In this document: in pieces, positions 27,878 through 37,869 of the stretch | How positions within the stretch are numbered: position 1 is the stretch's first letter | Layout of the letters: each line of letters opens with the position of its first letter | Origin: an uncultured Chloroflexia bacterium | GTDB taxonomy: Bacteria > Chloroflexota > Dehalococcoidia > Dehalococcoidales > RBG-16-60-22 | Reading direction: 5' to 3' | DNA: 64,000 nt | Assembly (NCBI GenBank): GCA_963759785.1 | Contig: CAVXAM010000006.1 | Location: 18,389-82,388, forward strand | The notes under the pieces: model-generated | What the model saw: the letters and a program-made list of their open reading frames with translations, nothing else | Told to the model about the DNA's origin: nothing | The model's database searches: none | Program-made: the position numbers and the translations under genes

Positions 27878-29792
27878 GTGAAAATGGATAAAAGAGAAAC
27901 AATACCACAGATAATCAAGAGCAACGCCGCCAAGTGGGGCAGCCGTACCGCGATGTCCATGAAGGCGTTCGGTATCTGGCGGCGTTACACCTGGCAGGAA
28001 TATTACGACAACGTTAAGTATTTCTCGCTGGGTTTGATAAGCTTGGGGTTTAGGATTGGCGATGTCGCCTGCATCATCGGCGATAACGAGCCACAGTGGT
28101 TCTGGGCGGAGTTCGCCGTCCAGGCGGCGGGGGGTATCGCTACCGGTATCTACGTTGACTCCATTCCTGCTGAAGTCCGTTACGTCGCCGTGCATTCCGA
28201 CGCCAAGTTCGCCGTCGTTAACGACCAGGAGCAGACCGATAAATTCCTGGAAATTAAAGACGATTTACCCTTACTACAAAAAATTATCTACTGGGACACC
28301 AAAGGGCTACGCAACTATGACGACTCGATGTTGATTAGTTTCAACGAGGTGATGGCGCTCGGTAAGGAATATGATAAAAAACATCCCGATCTTTTCGAAA
28401 AGAACGTCGCTGCCGGTAAGGGCGACGATATCGCCTTCATCTACTATACTTCCGGCACGACTGGACTACCCAAAGGGGCGGTATTGACCCACCACGCTTT
28501 AATCACCACCGCCCAAGGTTTTATCGACCGTTATCCCCTGGATGAAAAAGATAACCTGATATCCAACTTCCCGGCAGCGTGGGTGGGCGACAGCTTTTTC
28601 GCCACCATCCCCCATTTATTGACCGGGGCAGTACTGAACTTCCCCGAAGAGCCGGAAACCATCGCTGAAGATACGCGTGAAATCGGTCCCAACTTCGTCA
28701 TCTACGGTCCCCGCCAGTGGGAGGGGCTGGTTAGCGAAATACAGGTTAAAATGCTGGACGCCTACTGGCTTAAACGATTGACATATAAAACATTCTTACC
28801 GGTGGGACATAAAATCGCCGATATGAAGTTCGCTGGTAAAACCCCGAACCTTTTCTGGCGCGTCTTGCATTATTATCGCTTATCTGGCGTTGTTCCGTCC
28901 CCTTAAAGACCGGCTGGGCTTAAGCAATGTCAGGTTCGCTGTAACGGGCAGCTCCGTGTTAAGCCTCGATACCTTCCGACTCATCCACGCTATCGGCGTC
29001 GAGCTGCGGCAGTGCTACGCCAGCACTGAAGCCGGCTTAATCTCCTCCCACAGCCAAGGTGAGATTAAGTTCGAAAGCGTGGGACGTCCCGCTCTGGGCA
29101 CTACTTTAAGAATCACCAAAGAAGGCGAACTGCTGGTCAACAGCGACTGCATGTTCACTGGCTACCATAAGAATAAAGAAAAAACCGAGACGACGCTAAT
29201 CGACGGCTGGTGTCACACCGGCGACGCCGTCAACCTCAACGAAGAGGGACATATCATCTTCATGGACCGGCTGGAGCACATGGGTATTTTAAAGTCCGGC
29301 GCCAAATATGCGCCGCAATATATCGAGGGGCGGTTAAGGTTCAGTCCCTACATTAAAGACGCCATGGTTATCGGCGGTAAGGATAAAGATTATGTTTCCG
29401 CCATCGTTAACATCGACTTCGCGATGGTGGGTAAATGGGCGGAACGGCACCGTATTCCCTATACCACCTTCGTCGACCTTTCGCAGAAAAAAGAGGTCGC
29501 CGCTTTAGTACGCCAGGACCTGGAGCGCGTTAACGGCTATCTGCCCGAGCAGTCCCGCGTCCAAAAGTTCGTCCTGCTCCATAAAGAGTTCGACCCCGAC
29601 GAAGCGGAACTTACACGCACGAGGAAGCTACGCCGCGAATTCATGGAGCAGCGCTATAAAGAACTCATCGACACCTTATACGGCAACATCACTACGATAG
29701 ATGTAGAAGCACCGGTTACCTACCGCGATGGACGTAAAGGCGTGGTAACCACCAGCATCCATATCAGGGACATTGGGAAAGAGGCATCATAG
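27878..29792 (+). pseudogene. AMP-dependent long-chain acyl-CoA synthetase split by a 1-nt frameshift near 28870
   Basis: YTSGTTGLPKG in the 5' half; YASTE and HTGD in the 3' half; the two frames overlap at 28868..28906. May be an assembly error. Confidence 0.8.
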
Positions 29793-29793
29793 T

Positions 29794-30678
29794 ATGGACC
29801 AACTTTTACAATATATTATTACGGGCTTATCGGTAGGCATGGTGTATGCCCTGATTGCGCTAGGATTCGTGCTTATCTGGAAATCCAGTAGTGTAGCCAA
29901 TCTGGCGCTAGGACAGATAGTCCTGTTATCCTCATGGTTCACTTACTCGATGCTAGTACAGGTGAACCTATCGCCGTATATCGCCCTGCCGATCGTTATC
30001 GTTTTCGCTTTATGCCTGGGTTGGGTTATCGAGCGTTTTGCTCTGCGTCCCCTCATCGCCCAGCCGATATTATCGCTAATCGCGGTGACGTTGGGAATAG
30101 GTTACTTCATCGAGGGCATTATTACCTTTATCTGGCCGTGGAGCGTTGACGCTTTGCCCCGCCTTTTCCCCAAAGACGTCGTCCATATCGGTCCCGCCGT
30201 TATTTCGCAACAATACCTCTGGGTTATCGGTATTAGTCTGTTAGTCTTTGTTCTTCTGACATTGTTCTTCCGCTATCACAAGATGGGTGTAGCGATGCGG
30301 GCTACCGCCGACGACCAGATGGCGGTGCAGGCTTGCGGCATACCGGTTACCAGGGTTTTTTCGACATCATGGATGCTAGCCTGTGTCGTGGCGGCTATCG
30401 GCGGCGTGCTAATTTCCAGCATCGGCGGTATTACCCACGGTCTGGTGGATACTGGACTCAAAGCTTTCTCGGTAGTTATTTTAGGCGGACTGGACTCATT
30501 CGTCGGCGCGCTGGTTGCCGGACCGATTATCGGCTTGGTAGAAACTTTAGCCGGAGGTTACCTTACGCCTTATACCTGGGGCGGCATCAGAGATGTGGTG
30601 CCTTTCGTGATTATCATTATCGTAATGATTATTAAGCCCTTCGGTCTTTTCGGCGAGAAGCGTATAGAGAGGATATAG
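29794..30678 (+). CDS. livH: HAAT (Liv-type) ABC transporter permease
   Basis: YALIALGFVLI, GVAMRATADD, VILGGLDS. Confidence 0.88.
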   Translation: MDQLLQYIITGLSVGMVYALIALGFVLIWKSSSVANLALGQIVLLSSWFTYSMLVQVNLSPYIALPIVIVFALCLGWVIERFALRPLIAQPILSLIAVTLGIGYFIEGIITFIWPWSVDALPRLFPKDVVHIGPAVISQQYLWVIGISLLVFVLLTLFFRYHKMGVAMRATADDQMAVQACGIPVTRVFSTSWMLACVVAAIGGVLISSIGGITHGLVDTGLKAFSVVILGGLDSFVGALVAGPIIGLVETLAGGYLTPYTWGGIRDVVPFVIIIIVMIIKPFGLFGEKRIERI

Positions 30679-30679
30679 C

Positions 30680-31738
30680 ATGAGTTTACCTTGCGGGATA
30701 CGCAATTATGACTACGCGCAAGATATGGCTATCTTCCGCACCAAGACCCATTGGGGGATGCTTATCGCGTTACTCGCGTTTCTCTTTATCGTGCCGCCGC
30801 TTTTCTTTAACCATCTCTGGCTTAATACCGTCAATTCTATCGGCATAACCCTGATTGCCACGCTGGGACTTAACATTTTGGTAGGCTACTGCGGACAGCT
30901 ATCCATCGGACACGCCGGCTTTATCGCCGTCGGCGCCTATACCTCGGCGATACTGACCAACCGCTTCGAAGTTCCATTCCTGGTGGCCCTCCTCGCCGCT
31001 GGTATTGTCTCGGGCTTGGTAGGCATTATCTTCGGTCTGCCGTCAGTGCGCGTCAAGGGTTTTTACCTGGCTATCACGACTATCGCCGCCCAATACATCA
31101 TCATCTGGGTCATTAACCACTGGGGTTTAACCGGCGGCTTTGAAGGCATATCTGTTCCCTACGCTTCTATCGGCGGGCTGGTTTTCGATACCGATGTCAA
31201 GCAGTTTTACCTCGTGATGATAATCGTAGTTATCGTGGTGTTTTTGGCGAAAAATCTGACGCGGACTAAAGTAGGGCGGGCTTTTATCGCCATCCGCGAT
31301 AACGACCTCGCCGCCGAGGTGATGGGCGTTAACGTTAATTACTATAAACTGCTGGCGTTCTTCATCGGCTGCTTTTTCGCCGGTATCGCTGGTTCATTGC
31401 TCGCCCATACCACCTATAGTTTAAACGCCGAACAGTTCAGCTTTAACGACTCGATACTCTATATCGGTATGATTATCATCGGCGGTTTAGGCACAACGAT
31501 AGGGCCTATATTAGGTGTGGTAGTTATCCGTATTTTACAAAAAGTGCTGCTGCCGATTTACTTTGTACCGTTCCTGGAAAGGACTGTTACTATTCTCCCC
31601 GCTGGCTTTGCTACCGGTGTGGCACCGATGCTTTTCGGCTTGATAATCGTTTTATTCCTGATACTCGAGCCGCGAGGTTTGGCTCATCGCTGGGCATTAT
31701 TTAAGGCCGCGTATCGTTTATGGCCATTCTCATATTAA
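30680..31738 (+). CDS. livM: HAAT ABC transporter permease
   Basis: GYCGQLSIGHAGF, GFYLAITT, GRAFIAIRDN. Confidence 0.88.
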   Translation: MSLPCGIRNYDYAQDMAIFRTKTHWGMLIALLAFLFIVPPLFFNHLWLNTVNSIGITLIATLGLNILVGYCGQLSIGHAGFIAVGAYTSAILTNRFEVPFLVALLAAGIVSGLVGIIFGLPSVRVKGFYLAITTIAAQYIIIWVINHWGLTGGFEGISVPYASIGGLVFDTDVKQFYLVMIIVVIVVFLAKNLTRTKVGRAFIAIRDNDLAAEVMGVNVNYYKLLAFFIGCFFAGIAGSLLAHTTYSLNAEQFSFNDSILYIGMIIIGGLGTTIGPILGVVVIRILQKVLLPIYFVPFLERTVTILPAGFATGVAPMLFGLIIVLFLILEPRGLAHRWALFKAAYRLWPFSY

Positions 31739-31813
31739 TAAAAGGAGGGCGGGTCGATGTAGTATGTTTAGAAAAAACAAACGGCAGTTTTTAAAATATA
31801 TAAAGGAGGAAAA

Positions 31814-33082
31814 ATGAAAAATAAAAAGCTGTTAATTCTAAATACCATTATTTGTCTGGCGTTATTAGTAATGGCGGTACCTGTTCTTACCGCTTGTGGT
31901 CCGGCAGAACACCCCGGGTTAACACTTAAAGTAGGCATCATGACGCCTACTACCGGTCCTGCCGCAGAAAAAGGCGTCCCGTTACGCGACGCCAACATGG
32001 ACTGCATCCAGTATATCAACGATGAACTCGGCGGTGTAAACGGTTATAAGATTGAGGCGATTAACCTCGATAGCCAGTATAAAGCCGACCAGGCTGTTAT
32101 TAACATCAACCAGTTCATGGATGAAGGCTGTCTCTTCTTTACGACATCCTCATCCACCGAAATGGGCTATGTTCAGGAAATCGCCAACCGCGCCGGATTC
32201 CCCGGGCTGGTGGCATATTCCTCACCCAGCAACTATCACCCGCCGCAGCATATCTACGGCCAGATGCCGGACTACGGCGATGACTGGACGGCTTTCACTC
32301 AATATTACCTGAAAAATATCTGGAAGGGCACCGGCAAACCTAAGATGGCACTAATGCTACTAGCCAACCCGACCGGCGCCGGCGCCAAGAATGCTGCCAA
32401 GGCGCTCGCCGACACGTTAGGCGTCGAGATTGTGGCTACGGAAGAACACGCTGCCACCACCCTTTCCGAGATGGAAGCGCTGACCCGTATCAAGGCGTTG
32501 AATCCTGACGTAATCTATATCTCTTCCACGCCGAAACCAGCCGCCATTATCGTTAAGGAAGCTGCCGACGTTGGTTTATTCCCTGATGTACCCATCGGTC
32601 TCTGCCACGCCGCGATGACCAAGGCTTTCGTCGACCTCGCCGGTGCAGATGTTGCTAACGGCGTCTATGGCGTCTTCCCCACGGTCAGTTGGAGCGAAGA
32701 CGTTCCCGGTATTGCTAAGATGAGTGAATACGCCAATAAACTCCATCCTAAAGACGTCAACAACGGCGACTATATGGCTGCCTGGGCGCAGAGCCTGGTA
32801 ATCGCCGAGATTCTGAAGAAAACTCTGGACGCCGTCGGCTATGACGTGTTGTCTAAAGGCGATAAAGCCGCTTGGGAAGCCATTGAAAAATACGGCTTCC
32901 AGGGTCTGGACAGCTATGACGTCGGCGGTTTACAGAGTCCGGTCAAGTACGTCGCCGGTGATAACCGCTTGGGCAAATCGCTGCGTATTAACCAGGTAAA
33001 GAATGGCGTCATTACCGCGATAACCGGTTGGGTGGAAGCGCCGTTAATTAAATACGAAGACTTTGATTGGTACGGAAAGTAG
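31814..33082 (+). CDS. HAAT ABC transporter substrate-binding lipoprotein
   Basis: Lipobox LTAC, KVGIMTPTTGPAA, INDELGGVNG. Confidence 0.88.
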   Translation: MKNKKLLILNTIICLALLVMAVPVLTACGPAEHPGLTLKVGIMTPTTGPAAEKGVPLRDANMDCIQYINDELGGVNGYKIEAINLDSQYKADQAVININQFMDEGCLFFTTSSSTEMGYVQEIANRAGFPGLVAYSSPSNYHPPQHIYGQMPDYGDDWTAFTQYYLKNIWKGTGKPKMALMLLANPTGAGAKNAAKALADTLGVEIVATEEHAATTLSEMEALTRIKALNPDVIYISSTPKPAAIIVKEAADVGLFPDVPIGLCHAAMTKAFVDLAGADVANGVYGVFPTVSWSEDVPGIAKMSEYANKLHPKDVNNGDYMAAWAQSLVIAEILKKTLDAVGYDVLSKGDKAAWEAIEKYGFQGLDSYDVGGLQSPVKYVAGDNRLGKSLRINQVKNGVITAITGWVEAPLIKYEDFDWYGK

Positions 33083-33102
33083 AGAGTTAAGACTTAATAT
33101 AT

Positions 33103-33237
33103 TGTCATTCTGAAAGAGTCCTTCAAGTACTTTCAGGATAGACTCCGCGACTAAAGAGTTTGGGGTCCTTCCCTCCAAGGATGACGGATTCTTCGAAGAG
33201 TTAATCTTGAACGGTAGTTGAAGGACTCAGAATGACA
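33103..33237. repeat. MITE/REP-like long imperfect inverted repeat
   Basis: TGTCATTCTGA..GAGTCCTTCAA on the left; TTGAAGGACTCAGAATGACA on the right. Confidence 0.7.
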
Positions 33238-33259
33238 CCGCGTAAAAAGGCAATAAAGT

Positions 33260-34051
33260 ATGCTCAAACTTAATAATATTGAAGTTACCTATCTTAACGT
33301 GATACGGGTACTGCACGGTGTGTCGCTAACCGTCGAGGACGGCGCGATTATCGCTTTATTGGGGGCTAACGGGGCGGGAAAAAGCACTACCCTTAAAGCG
33401 ATATCCGGTCTGCTGCATGTCGAAGAAGGCGAAGTGACCGACGGCAGCATCGAATGGAATGGCGAGCGAATCGAAAAGAAAAACGCCGAACAGATAGGTA
33501 AACTGGGTATAATTCAGGCGCTAGAGGGTCGGCACGTTTTTGAGCACCTGACAACCGAGGAGAATCTGCTGGTTGGTTCACATAATCGCCGCGACCGCAG
33601 TGCTGTCAAACCCGACCTCGAGATGGTCTACGATTACTTCCCGCGTCTTAAAGAGCTGCGTCGTAATACTGCCGGCTACCTTTCCGGCGGCGAGCAGCAG
33701 ATGCTGGTCATCGGGCGGGCGATGATGGCTACCCCGAAGCTGATGATGCTCGACGAACCCTCGTTAGGTCTGGCGCCATTACTCGTCGAAGAAATATATG
33801 ATATTATTAAACGGTTCAATACCGAGCATAAAACGTCCGTCTTACTCGTCGAACAGAACGTGCGTATTGCTTTAAGCATCGCCCACTACGGCTATGTTAT
33901 GGAGAACGGCAGGGTAGTGCTGGACGGCACGTCTGACTTCCTGAAAAATAACGAGGACGTTAAAGAATTTTACATGGGGCTTTCGACCGTGGGCACCAAG
34001 AAAAGCTACCGCGAGGTGAAGCATTACAAGAGGAGAAAACGATGGCTGTAG
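33260..34051 (+). CDS. livF: HAAT ABC transporter ATPase
   Basis: GANGAGKS, LSGGEQQM, LDEPSLGLAP. Confidence 0.92.
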   Translation: MLKLNNIEVTYLNVIRVLHGVSLTVEDGAIIALLGANGAGKSTTLKAISGLLHVEEGEVTDGSIEWNGERIEKKNAEQIGKLGIIQALEGRHVFEHLTTEENLLVGSHNRRDRSAVKPDLEMVYDYFPRLKELRRNTAGYLSGGEQQMLVIGRAMMATPKLMMLDEPSLGLAPLLVEEIYDIIKRFNTEHKTSVLLVEQNVRIALSIAHYGYVMENGRVVLDGTSDFLKNNEDVKEFYMGLSTVGTKKSYREVKHYKRRKRWL

Positions 34052-35313
34052 GCGAGTATTACGATAATCTGGAAACGATGTCAACCGCGAAACGCCAGCA
34101 GTACCTCGATAAAAAGCTGCGCGAGCAGGTGACTTACGCTTATCAGCACTCGCCCGCGGTTAAAAACGTTTTTGATAAAGCCGGTGTTAAGCCCGGCGAC
34201 ATTAAGATAATAAAAGACCTGGAAAAGCTACCGATTATTAGGAAAACCGACCTCCTCGAGATGCAGAAGGCGAACCTGCCTTATGGCGGTGTTATCGGCA
34301 TACCTAAGGAAGACGTTGAACGGGTTTTTATCTCTCCCGGACCGATTTACGAGATTCAGCCCTCAAGCTGCAAGTGGTTCGCCAAGGCGTTTTGGGCGGC
34401 GGGGTTCCAGCAGGGCGACGTCGTTATCAACACGTTCACTTACCATATGTCGCCGGCGGGGATTCTCTTTCATGAAGCCATCAGGGACTGTGGGGCTACG
34501 GTAGTCGTCGCGGGCACGGGCAATACCGACCTCCAGATTCAGATAATTAAAGAGCTTAAGGTTACCGGCTTCGTAGGTACGCCGAGCTTTTTGAACACGA
34601 TTATCAAAAGGGCGGAGGAACTGGGACATAACATTAAAAAAGACCTCGCTCTCAAACGCGCCTGGTTCACCGGAGAGATGCTGCCGCCGTCTTTACGCAA
34701 AACCTTCGAGGAAGATTACGCTATCGACACATTCCAGACCTACGCCGTCACCGAGCCGGGCGGGGCGATAGCTTATGAATGTAAAGAGAAGTCCGGTATG
34801 CACCTGATGGACGAATATGTTACCGAAATCGTCGACCCGGAGACGGGGAAGCAATTAGGACCCGGTGAAGTCGGCGAAATCGTCACCACGCAGCTCCACA
34901 ATCGAAACTGGGGGCTTATCCGCTTCGGGACGGGGGATTTATCGTCTTTAGCTACCGAACCGTGCCCTTGCGGTCGTACGGCTCCTAGGATTACCGGCAT
35001 CGTCGGCAGGGCAGGGGACGCGGTAAAGGTACGGGGCATGTTCATTGTCGCCAAGCAGGCGGAACAGGCGATTATGGGCTTTAGCCAGGTCGGCCGTTAT
35101 CAATTGGTGGTGGGACGCCGCGAACACCGCGACGAGATGACGCTTAAAGTAGGATTGAAAGATAATAGTGTTGACAGAAATAGGCTGGCAGTTGACATAA
35201 ATAACAAGTTTCAGGATATTTGCCGTATCAAGATAGATAAGATTGAGTTCATTGCCCCGGGCTCGATTGCCGATAAAGAACAAGGCATTAAAGACGAGCG
35301 GAAGTGGGAATAA
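34042..35313 (+). CDS. Phenylacetate--CoA ligase family protein
   Basis: DLEKLPIIRKTDL, GTPSFL, EIVDPETG, IRFGTGDL, CPCGRT, VKVRG; the SSGTTG P-loop is replaced by ISPGP. Confidence 0.85.
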   Translation: MAVGEYYDNLETMSTAKRQQYLDKKLREQVTYAYQHSPAVKNVFDKAGVKPGDIKIIKDLEKLPIIRKTDLLEMQKANLPYGGVIGIPKEDVERVFISPGPIYEIQPSSCKWFAKAFWAAGFQQGDVVINTFTYHMSPAGILFHEAIRDCGATVVVAGTGNTDLQIQIIKELKVTGFVGTPSFLNTIIKRAEELGHNIKKDLALKRAWFTGEMLPPSLRKTFEEDYAIDTFQTYAVTEPGGAIAYECKEKSGMHLMDEYVTEIVDPETGKQLGPGEVGEIVTTQLHNRNWGLIRFGTGDLSSLATEPCPCGRTAPRITGIVGRAGDAVKVRGMFIVAKQAEQAIMGFSQVGRYQLVVGRREHRDEMTLKVGLKDNSVDRNRLAVDINNKFQDICRIKIDKIEFIAPGSIADKEQGIKDERKWE

Positions 35314-35378
35314 ACCCGTTTGTCATGCTGGAGCGAAGCGAAGCATCTGGGGTGGCGGGACTTTTGGAACCTTACTGA

Positions 35379-36140
35379 TTATTCAGGTTTAACGCCGCAA
35401 AACACTGGCGTCACGGCGTTAGGGTGAACGCTTTTAGGCATATCAACAGACCGAACATCCTTAAAACCGGCTCCTGCCACTAATGTGAACCATGTCTTCT
35501 TTTGAAAGACTCCCATACAATGGCGTTCCGTAAAAACACTAAAAATTTTACCGTTTTTCATCAGGTAAACCATTTCTACATAATATTCTGTATCCGTAGT
35601 ATCCGAGTCCCATGTCCAGCTAAGATATCGAAGTCCGCGATTACCGGCATCATGTCCACCGTGACTGGTGGTAGGAGTAAAAGTCTCTCTTATATAGTCC
35701 GGCACAAATAAAGCCACTCCACCGGGTTGGCAGTGGACGAAGGCAGTCTCGATAGCTTTCAACAAGTCATCTTCAGTAGTCAAGTAGCTAACAGCGTCAT
35801 GGACAAAGACTGCATCGAACTGCCGTCCCAGCCGCAAGTTTCTCATGTCTCCCTGGATATGCTCGCATTCCGGGTTCAGGCGGCGGCTTATAGCCAGCAT
35901 GTTTTCAGACAGGTCTGTTAGCGTCATCCGGAAATATGCCTTAAGATGAGAAGCATTATTGCCGCCGCCGCTGCCCATTTCAAGTATAGTCTTCACCGGG
36001 ATACAGCTGTTGTTTATAATCACTCCGCGGAAAAAATCCGCTTCCACACGGTAATCTTCCGGCGCGGTTAGCAGGTGGAACCATTCGGCCAGGTCGCTGT
36101 AAAGGTGAAGTGTTTTTTCTCCCCTTTTATTTATTGACAT
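35379..36140 (-). CDS. Class I SAM-dependent methyltransferase
   Basis: ILEMGSGGG, QGDMRNL, FDAVFVHDA, PGG. Confidence 0.88.
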   Translation of the reverse strand: MSINKRGEKTLHLYSDLAEWFHLLTAPEDYRVEADFFRGVIINNSCIPVKTILEMGSGGGNNASHLKAYFRMTLTDLSENMLAISRRLNPECEHIQGDMRNLRLGRQFDAVFVHDAVSYLTTEDDLLKAIETAFVHCQPGGVALFVPDYIRETFTPTTSHGGHDAGNRGLRYLSWTWDSDTTDTEYYVEMVYLMKNGKIFSVFTERHCMGVFQKKTWFTLVAGAGFKDVRSVDMPKSVHPNAVTPVFCGVKPE

Positions 36141-36992
36141 CTACTTTTTCTCTTCGCCAAGGTAAGCGGCGATAACTTTAGGATTGTTCTTAATCTCTTC
36201 CGGGGTGCCTTCGGCGATTTTACGTCCGAAGTCCAGCACCACGATGCGGTCGGCGATATCCATCACCACCCCCATGTCATGCTCCACTAAAACGATACAG
36301 CTAACGCCATCTCTTAAAACAGGCGTATCGGGGTAAGTAACGCCCTGACCTTCGAAGATATCGATAATGAAGCGGGCGATATCTTCCTTTTCCTCGAGGT
36401 TCATGCCCGCCATCGGCTCGTCCAGCAGTAGAACCTTGGGTTCTAAAGCTAAAGCCCGTCCCAGTTCCACGCGTTTACGCATCCCGTAAGGCAGGACGCC
36501 GACCGTACGCTGGCGAATTGACTCGATTTCCAGGAAGTCGATGATGTCCTCGACGGTTTTACGGTGCGTTATTTCCTCCTTATGAGCCCAGCCGAAGTAG
36601 AGGGCGCTGGCGAGGGGATTTTGCTTCATCAGAACGTGGCGTGCGGCGAGGATGTTATCCAGCGTGCTTAAGCCGGTGTAAAGCTCGATGTTCTGGAAGG
36701 TACGGGCGAGACCCAGTTTAGCGGCTTTATCAGGACGGATACGCGTTATGCGTTGCCCGTCGAAGGTGATTTCGCCTTGCTGGGGCTTATAAAAGCCGTT
36801 GATACAGTTCAAGAGGCAGGTTTTACCCGCTCCGTTAGGGCCGATAATCGCCAGAATTTCTTTATCGCGGACGTCCACGTTGATATCAACCAGGGATTTA
36901 ACACCGCCAAAGGACAGCGAGAGGTGCTGTATCTTTATTCTGACTTTTTTAGCGTTTTTCTTCTTAGGGGCTGCTTTTTTCGTAGTAGTCAT
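36141..36992 (-). CDS. livG: HAAT ABC transporter ATPase
   Basis: GPNGAGKT, RTFQN, LPYGMRKRVELGRAL, VEHDM. Confidence 0.9.
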   Translation of the reverse strand: MTTTKKAAPKKKNAKKVRIKIQHLSLSFGGVKSLVDINVDVRDKEILAIIGPNGAGKTCLLNCINGFYKPQQGEITFDGQRITRIRPDKAAKLGLARTFQNIELYTGLSTLDNILAARHVLMKQNPLASALYFGWAHKEEITHRKTVEDIIDFLEIESIRQRTVGVLPYGMRKRVELGRALALEPKVLLLDEPMAGMNLEEKEDIARFIIDIFEGQGVTYPDTPVLRDGVSCIVLVEHDMGVVMDIADRIVVLDFGRKIAEGTPEEIKNNPKVIAAYLGEEKK

Positions 36993-37234
36993 TTCTTTTT
37001 CATCAACTCGTCGCGGTATTTGGGCAGTTTAGGACAAGCATTGTCTTTACATAATAATGGTTTACCGGCTTTTTGACTCTTCTTTTTAAGCTCTTTTTGA
37101 GCTTCTTTGTTGTTTAAAGCGTATTTTTGGCTGCCGGTGCACCTTACCGTGCCGTTTCCTTGAACGATAATCGTTACTTCGTCATCTACGTCGTCGCAAT
37201 AAATCGTCGTTGCCGTTACTTCCCAGTCAACCAT
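36989..37234 (-). CDS. Small cysteine-containing hypothetical protein
   Basis: 81 aa, coupled to livG by an ATGA overlap; four Cys. Confidence 0.7.
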   Translation of the reverse strand: MVDWEVTATTIYCDDVDDEVTIIVQGNGTVRCTGSQKYALNNKEAQKELKKKSQKAGKPLLCKDNACPKLPKYRDELMKKK

Positions 37235-37367
37235 ACGTAATCCAATCGAGAAAATATCATTTTTATATTACAGTTATTACTAACGTAATTCAAGCTGGTA
37301 TGCTTGATAAAGAACGTTTATCAAGGTAAAATAATGGAGACGATAGGGGGGCGGAGGAAAGCCACGC

Positions 37368-37439
37368 GGGCTCGTAGCTCAGCGGAAGAGCGGGCGGCTC
37401 ATAACCGCTTGGTCCCAGGTTCGATCCCTGGCGAGCCCA
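37368..37439 (+). tRNA. tRNA with CAT anticodon (probably Ile2; elongator Met not excluded)
   Basis: GGGCTCG/CGAGCCC paired acceptor (so not initiator), GGCGG-CTCATAA-CCGCT. Confidence 0.88.
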
Positions 37440-37470
37440 TTTTCATTAAGCTTCTTTAAGGAATATATCG

Positions 37471-37728
37471 ATGTCAGACAAACACCAACAATCGACTAAA
37501 GACCAAACCAGCCTTTCACAGGATATCCGGGCTTATGTTAAGAAAAGAACAGATAAGCAGGGGGAAAAAGCAGGTGAAGCCAGGAAGTACATGGAAGTGC
37601 AGTTGCTTTTAAGTGAACTGGAAAACCTGCTTTTACAAATGGATCAAGACGACACGCAAGTTTTTTCTTCGCGGAAAAAACTTTTCGATCTGAAGATAGC
37701 CTTTTATAAGACGCTCGACATTAAATAA
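37471..37728 (+). CDS. Hypothetical protein
   Basis: 85-aa ORF, TAAGGA RBS, directly after the tRNA. Confidence 0.55.
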   Translation: MSDKHQQSTKDQTSLSQDIRAYVKKRTDKQGEKAGEARKYMEVQLLLSELENLLLQMDQDDTQVFSSRKKLFDLKIAFYKTLDIK

Positions 37729-37795
37729 ACCACATTTCACGCTCAGACTATCTAACCATGTATTATTATGTCAAACTCTATTCTCTACGAACTAT

Positions 37796-37823
37796 ACACG
37801 ACATAACATATATTGTGCGCCCC
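37796..37823 (-). other. dif-like XerC/D recombination site
   Basis: GGGGCGCACAA-TATATG-TTATGTCGTGT, 20/28 identical to E. coli dif; intergenic between convergent genes. Confidence 0.5.
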
Positions 37824-37869
37824 AGTGTTTTTGGGTCTTTTTGATTGACATAAAGGGGGAAAGTTAGCT

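Noticed and set aside
31741-31817. RBS with ATG-TAG and a 17-codon orf overlapping the SBP start
   Set aside because: Too short to support; the SBP gene has its own strong RBS
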